A DNA stretch of 63,850 nt, filler included, from Deltaproteobacteria bacterium (GTDB taxonomy: Bacteria > JAUYMQ01), in assembly GCA_030698575.1 (NCBI GenBank). It is 12 parts of 12 records of this genome, joined end to end, with 100 filler letters (N's around TTAATTAATTAA, not from the genome) between each part and the next. Parts side by side here need not be neighbours in the genome. Positions count along the whole stretch, not along the records: positions 56,804 to 63,850 come from JAUYMQ010000479.1; 11 more parts are not named here. One strand, 5' to 3'. The notes below the pieces were generated by a model. It was not told where the DNA came from. It did not search any database and saw nothing but the letters and a program-made list of their open reading frames with translations. Both the position numbers and the translations under genes were made by a program. Positions 58,861 to 63,850 of this stretch are shown here, one piece after another (within the stretch, counting starts at the first letter, position 1; every line of letters starts with the position of its first letter).

Positions 58861-60111
58861 ATGCCGCCCCGCCCTTCCAGAGTGAAGAAAGGCAAGCCCG
58901 CTCACCCGGCGCTGCACCGGCTCATCCGGCGGATGAGCCCGACCCGGAGCAAGCTGGCGCGGCGCATCCTCGAGCAGTCCCTCGAAGTGCTTCCACACTA
59001 CCGGAGCCTCCCCGCCGCGGCCCGCAAGACGGTCTACGACAACGTCCTGCACCACGTCTCGCTCTTCTACCGCGTGACCCTCGAGGAAGGCCGTCCCCTC
59101 ACCGCCGCGGAGCTGAAGGCCTCGCAGCGGAACGCACGGGTGCGGGCCTCCCAGGGCGTTCCCCTCGGCGAGCTGCTCGCCGCCTACCAGATAGGCAACA
59201 GCCTCGTCTGGCAGAACCTCGTCGCCTGCGCGGGGTCGAATCCGGCCGAGAGATCGGAGCTCCTCGAAAGGGTCGGGACGATCTTCTTCAACCAGACGCA
59301 GATCATGACAGCGGTCACGGAAGCCTATGTGGAGGAGCGGGAGAGCCTCTCGCACTTCCGCGAGCAGGATGTCGACGATTTCTTCCGGCTGCTGCTCTCG
59401 GAGGAAAAGCGCGAGGGTCTCCTCGAGATCCGGGCCAAGTCGCTCGGGATCCGGCTGGATGAACCGCACTTCGTCGCTTTCTTCCGGCCCGCGACTGCGA
59501 CCGTCGCCGAGCGATCACCGGTGACGCAGGAAAACGTCCGGCGCCTGCTGACCGGCAGGACGAAAGCGATCGGGGGGCTGGTCGCGCGCTTGCCGGAGGG
59601 CTTTGCCGTCCTCCTGCCGGACAAGCCGGATACCGTCGAGCTTGCGGACATCGCCCGGAGCCTCCTCGGCGAGAAGGCGCGGCTCGGGATCGGCGGAACG
59701 GGAACCGACATCGCGGGGCTGAGGCGCTCGGCGCGCGAGGCCCTGCGGGCGATTCACATCGGATCCCTCGTGCACCAGGATGCCCCCTTCCATCGCTACG
59801 CGGATCTCGCGGTCCTGGATCTCGTGGGAATCGGCTCGGCCGACGCCGAGGCCTTCGTCGATGGCGTGCTCGGTCCTCTCGTCCGGTCGAAATCGAACAG
59901 CATCCACCTGAACACGCTGCGCGAGCTCTCACGGAACGGCTTTCGGGCCAAGCTCGCGGCGGCGGCCCTCTCCATCCATCCCCACACGCTGTCCTACCGC
60001 CTGAAGCAGATCCACGGCCGTTTCGGAATCGATATCGACGATGCCGAGACGCGCCTGCGCTTGTACCTGGCGCTGCTCATCCTCGATGCCATGGCGCCTT
60101 CCGCCCCCTAG
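58861..60111 (+). CDS. PucR/CdaR-family transcriptional regulator
   Basis: RASQGVPLGELLAAY, LRRSAREA, AAAALSIHPHTLSYRLKQI C-terminal HTH. Confidence 0.92.
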   Translation: MPPRPSRVKKGKPAHPALHRLIRRMSPTRSKLARRILEQSLEVLPHYRSLPAAARKTVYDNVLHHVSLFYRVTLEEGRPLTAAELKASQRNARVRASQGVPLGELLAAYQIGNSLVWQNLVACAGSNPAERSELLERVGTIFFNQTQIMTAVTEAYVEERESLSHFREQDVDDFFRLLLSEEKREGLLEIRAKSLGIRLDEPHFVAFFRPATATVAERSPVTQENVRRLLTGRTKAIGGLVARLPEGFAVLLPDKPDTVELADIARSLLGEKARLGIGGTGTDIAGLRRSAREALRAIHIGSLVHQDAPFHRYADLAVLDLVGIGSADAEAFVDGVLGPLVRSKSNSIHLNTLRELSRNGFRAKLAAAALSIHPHTLSYRLKQIHGRFGIDIDDAETRLRLYLALLILDAMAPSAP

Positions 60112-60371
60112 CGCCTCGTCCGCCCCGGAAACCGCCTGCCTCCCGGGCCACCCCATGCTTCCCATGGACCCCGGCGGCGATCAGGGCCGGGCGCGGGCCG
60201 CGCGCCGGACTCTCCCGGACCGCCGGCGGGCGAGCCTCTGCGCTCGAGGCACAAGCCGGGCGCTCGAATCTTGGGTGAGAAGCGCAATGACAGGCTCCGT
60301 TCGCGCCCCTAGGGTGGGCCTTTCCACGCATAGACAGCGTGCCGCGCATAACCATAACAAGGAGCAGGAAC

Positions 60372-61778
60372 ATGAACCTTCGACCATCCCCCACTCTTGC
60401 CGCATTCGTGCTTGCGATGATCGGCATTCTCGCCGCCGGAACCTTCGCACCAACAACGGCCCGCGCCGAAGAGCCCCTCCCGATCGTCTACGTGCACGGC
60501 GGAGCGGGTTCGGGTGCGCAGTACGAAACGCAGGCCATGCGTTTCGCGAGCAACGGCTATCCGAACGTGGTGCGGGCCATCGACCGCACCTCGTCCAGCT
60601 CGGCGACCCTCAATCCCATGCTGGACGCCTTCTTCGATGCGGTCATGGCCGAGACCGGCGACACCCAGATCTACGTCGTGGCCCATTCGCTCGGCACGAG
60701 CCTCATGATCAACTACCTGAACAGCTCGGCCGCGCGCAGCGCCAGGGTCGCCAAGTACATCAACATCGACGGCGCCACGGGCGCCAACTGCCCCGGGAAC
60801 CCGGCGCCGGTGAACTGCATAGGTGTTTGGGGACAGGGGAATCCGGCCCGCATCATGGGGGCGAACAACGTTTACTTCCCCGACTTCGGTCACACCCAGA
60901 CCGTGACGGCTCCCGAGTCCTTCGCCGCGCAGTACAAGTACCTCACGGGGGAAGACCCCGCGACGACGCTCGTCCTGCCCGTGCCGGCGGGCGAGGTCCA
61001 GATCGCCGGCAAGCTGATCAACTTCCCGGCGAACACGGGCCTCGATGGTGCCACCGTGCATCTCTATGAGGTCCATGACGCGACGGGCGTGAGAAAGGAC
61101 GTCCTGCCGGTAGCGATGTTCGACATCGGGCCGACCGGCGAGTGGGGTCCCGTCGCGGTCAACGGAAAGAAGTACTACGAGTTCCACTTGATGCGAAGCG
61201 ACGTCGACTACGAGGGCCACTACTACTTCCAGCCCTTCCTTCGGAGCAACTACCTGGTCCGACTGCTCGCGTCCCCGGTTGGGTCGGCCATCGTCGCTAA
61301 CACGGCCAGCGGTCCGGACCAGAGCGCTGCGGTCCTGATCCGGTACAAGGAGTGGTGGGCCGATCAGGGCGCCGGAAGCGACATCATGAACGTCTCCATC
61401 ACGAGCCCTACCTGGGGGAACCAGGGACCGCTCAACATCCTGAGCAATCCGGCGGTCGGTGTCAGAGCCGCCAGCAAGATCGGGTTGCACGTGATGGACA
61501 ACGGCAGCGACAAGGTCTCGACGCTCGCGCCCGTCCCGTACTTCGTCGGGCAGATCTTCCAGACCGGCGTCGACATCTGGATGCCGGCGACCACGCCGCC
61601 GGATGGATCCATCCGGTGGGCGAACGCGCCGCGAGGGGACACCAGCAGGGTGCAGACGGTGAACACCCCGAACTGGGCGTCCGACTACCACAGGCTCTCG
61701 ATCCAGTTCAACGACTACGTTCAGGACGTGAACAGCTGGGTCCAGTGCAAGCAGACCAAGCCGAGCCCCTGCAAATAG
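60372..61778 (+). CDS. Secreted lipase-like alpha/beta hydrolase
   Basis: Signal peptide ending ARA-EE, VHGGAGSGAQY..QAMRF.SNGY, AHSLG; AAGGAG RBS. Confidence 0.85.
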   Translation: MNLRPSPTLAAFVLAMIGILAAGTFAPTTARAEEPLPIVYVHGGAGSGAQYETQAMRFASNGYPNVVRAIDRTSSSSATLNPMLDAFFDAVMAETGDTQIYVVAHSLGTSLMINYLNSSAARSARVAKYINIDGATGANCPGNPAPVNCIGVWGQGNPARIMGANNVYFPDFGHTQTVTAPESFAAQYKYLTGEDPATTLVLPVPAGEVQIAGKLINFPANTGLDGATVHLYEVHDATGVRKDVLPVAMFDIGPTGEWGPVAVNGKKYYEFHLMRSDVDYEGHYYFQPFLRSNYLVRLLASPVGSAIVANTASGPDQSAAVLIRYKEWWADQGAGSDIMNVSITSPTWGNQGPLNILSNPAVGVRAASKIGLHVMDNGSDKVSTLAPVPYFVGQIFQTGVDIWMPATTPPDGSIRWANAPRGDTSRVQTVNTPNWASDYHRLSIQFNDYVQDVNSWVQCKQTKPSPCK

Positions 61779-61839
61779 CAGGGTTTCCGGCGGCCATGAT
61801 TGCGTGACGGCAGCGCCGCCACGCAGCGGGTGAACGCGG

Positions 61840-61868
61840 AGAGGCCACCCCAAAGGGGTGGCCTCTTT
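61840..61868 (+). terminator. Terminator-like hairpin between convergent genes
   Basis: AGAGGCCACCCC-AAA-GGGGTGGCCTCT-TT. Confidence 0.75.
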
Positions 61869-61954
61869 GCGCGGATGGGCCGCTAGTGAGGTTGGCCCGA
61901 GCGGCGGCTGGAGGAGAGGTGCCCTCTCCGCTCTCTCCCCGCCCCTGGCCCCGG

Positions 61955-62983
61955 CTATCGCTTGGACTTCGAACCCTTGAGCCGGATCACCGTGCTCGTC
62001 GTGCTGTTCGGCGCGACGGCAATCGAGGCGCGGCCTTTCGAGGTCGAATCTCCGACCTGGCGCGTGGCACTCAACCGCGCCTTTCCCGTGGGAAGACCGT
62101 GCAGCACCACGCGGCCGTTGCTCTGCGCCTGGAAGCGAAGGGTCCGCTTCGTCTTCTTCATCTTCACGGTTCCCTTGCTGGTCGGGACGGCGGTTGTCGT
62201 CCGGACCGACTGCGAGACGTCGACCGTCACGCTGGGGATCGGCTGTCCGTCCTCATCGAGATCATCCACCTCGTTGCCCAGCGTGTCCTCGATCTCGACT
62301 TCAACCATGTTGCCGTAGTTCTTCACTTCGACCTGCGCCGCCACGAGATCGGGAAGCGCGTTTGGATCCAGTTCCACCTCGACGAACTGGCCGACCATGA
62401 GCGTGTTCGGGTCGATCCCCTGGTTGCTCGAATCGTCGTCCTCGTCGTCACAGCCTTCGACATCTGCCGTGGAGATGTCGATCGGCAGCCCGAGGAGGGT
62501 GATCGTCCCGAGCATCGGGGCGACGGCCTGGATAGGCGCCTGGATCTCGATCTCGCTGCTATCGTCCTCCTGCTCGACCTCGGTGGCCATGAGAGGGGTC
62601 AGGTCGCCGGCAAGCTTCACCTCGACGGTCTGCCCCACCACGAGATCCGCGCACGTCGCGGGGACGTCGTCATCTTCGACGTCGCCTTCATCCTCCCCCT
62701 CGTTCTCCTCTTCCTGCTCGCTGGAAGCGCTCAAGTGGCCCTCCGACTCGTCGTTCGAATCGCCATCGTCTCCGCTCTCGAAATGGGCGCCGGTCACGTC
62801 GATCGTGAGCCCGAGCACGGTGATCGTCTGGGGCGTCACGTCGCAGTCGGCCGCCTCGAGCGGCGCCTTGATCTCGATCTGCAACTCGTCGGACTCGTCA
62901 TCCGCCAGGGCGCTTTGCACGGGGGCAAGGAGCGCTCCAGCGGCCAGCAGAAAAAGCAGCCACATGAAAGTCTTGCGTTTCAT
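61955..62983 (-). CDS. Exported acidic DUF5666-like repeat protein
   Basis: Signal peptide; two TITVLGL.ID...L.VGQ.VEV.....L.A..VE repeats; basic C-terminal domain. Confidence 0.7.
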   Translation of the reverse strand: MKRKTFMWLLFLLAAGALLAPVQSALADDESDELQIEIKAPLEAADCDVTPQTITVLGLTIDVTGAHFESGDDGDSNDESEGHLSASSEQEEENEGEDEGDVEDDDVPATCADLVVGQTVEVKLAGDLTPLMATEVEQEDDSSEIEIQAPIQAVAPMLGTITLLGLPIDISTADVEGCDDEDDDSSNQGIDPNTLMVGQFVEVELDPNALPDLVAAQVEVKNYGNMVEVEIEDTLGNEVDDLDEDGQPIPSVTVDVSQSVRTTTAVPTSKGTVKMKKTKRTLRFQAQSNGRVVLHGLPTGKARLSATRQVGDSTSKGRASIAVAPNSTTSTVIRLKGSKSKR

Positions 62984-63222
62984 GATCCATCTCCAACGGT
63001 TAGACATCTGCGCACCGGGCAGCCCTACTCCTCCTTCTCGGGAGCAAGATCCGTGCCACGGGCGGGGAACACGAATTGCCCCCAACAACCGGCCGACCGT
63101 GGGGCGGAAGCGGGGTGCGGGGACAGGGGCGTTACGCGGCGAGCACGGATCCGTGCTTACCCGTACCCGGCGGGCGGGTCCCCTCTTCGAATTGACGGCT
63201 GGCAATCCGGGATCTGGCGTGG

Positions 63223-63756
63223 TCAACGGGCCAGGCCGGGACGGCCTGACCAGAGCCAGGCCACGTTGGTGCGGGACACGCCCATGAGGACGCCGTGGAG
63301 TGATGCGGGATGGATGAAGAAGTGTTCGTGGCCGTGATCGCCAGGGGCGTCGGCCCAGCGGGCGCCGGCCTTCTCGAGGCGCGAGACGATGGCCTTCGGA
63401 TCGTCCGTCTCGGCGAAGCACATGTAGAGCGTCTCGCCGCGCTTCGCGACGAAGCGCCCCATGGCCGAGGCCGGGTCGATGACCTGCGACAGCTCGATGC
63501 GGTCAAGGCGCGCGGGAGGATCGAAGAGAAGAAGCGAGCCGGTGTAACCGAAGGCCTCGCTCTCGATGGGGCAGAACCGGTCGGGCTTCAGATCGAAGAC
63601 GTTCGCCAGGTGAGCGGCTTCGGCGCGCCAGTCACCGGTCATCTTCGTGACTTCGTAGATATGTGAAAGAGGCCCCGGCCCGGAGCGTTCAGCCAGGGGT
63701 GAGATCACCGCGCGCGTTCCGCCGGTCGCGCTGGGGTCGAGATGCAGGCGGCCGCC
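63223..63756 (-). pseudogene. VOC/glyoxalase-like protein, 3' half only
   Basis: DRIELSQ...SAMGRFVAKRGETLYMCFAE...FIHPASLHGVLMGVS; the frame begins directly after a TAG (63757-63759) ending an unrelated acidic ORF. Confidence 0.55.
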
Positions 63757-63850
63757 CTACATCATCTCCGGACCGGCTTCCGGGTCCTTCGTCTCTTCGA
63801 ACGAACGCTCCTCCGGCGTCTCGGACTTCATCGCCTCGTCCTCCTCCTCC

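Noticed and set aside
63757-63759. Stop-codon readthrough joining the acidic ORF to the VOC-like frame
   Set aside because: The upstream peptide is unrelated low-complexity sequence; a deletion junction or chimeric assembly is simpler

Overview
The window is not one locus. It is 12 unrelated high-GC bacterial contigs joined by artificial 100-nt linkers (44 N + TTAATTAATTAA + 44 N): 1-3780, 3881-6880, 6981-9870, 9971-13544, 13645-16442, 16543-33318, 33419-39069, 39170-42304, 42405-49697, 49798-52516, 52617-56703 and 56804-63850. Gene neighbourhood is therefore only meaningful within a contig. Most content is housekeeping or envelope genes (kup, terC, ppa, ileS, aroF, lpxD, lpxB-msbA-waaA, mgtE, gspA/gspB-like, hflX, dapL, acyl-CoA dehydrogenase cluster, sulfatase-fold and secreted hydrolases). 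Accessory highlights: (1) a three-gene DUF3467-like + antitoxin-like + RelE/ParE-like cassette between dapL and hflX, the best candidate for an undescribed tripartite toxin-antitoxin system; (2) a phage/MGE-like contig of small orphan ORFs containing a promoter-to-hairpin unit that looks like a pseudoknotted ncRNA; (3) a wHTH + nucleotidyltransferase pair with a tandem palindromic operator and a probably leaderless promoter; (4) a DUF499-type ATPase + GmrSD-like defence locus; (5) a His-rich ORF ending in RAPP, upstream of a structured leader; (6) GGGGTC(A/T)GACCCC-type palindromic elements in every intergenic space of one contig; (7) a probable attenuator upstream of aroF. All family assignments come from motif recognition by eye, not database searches.
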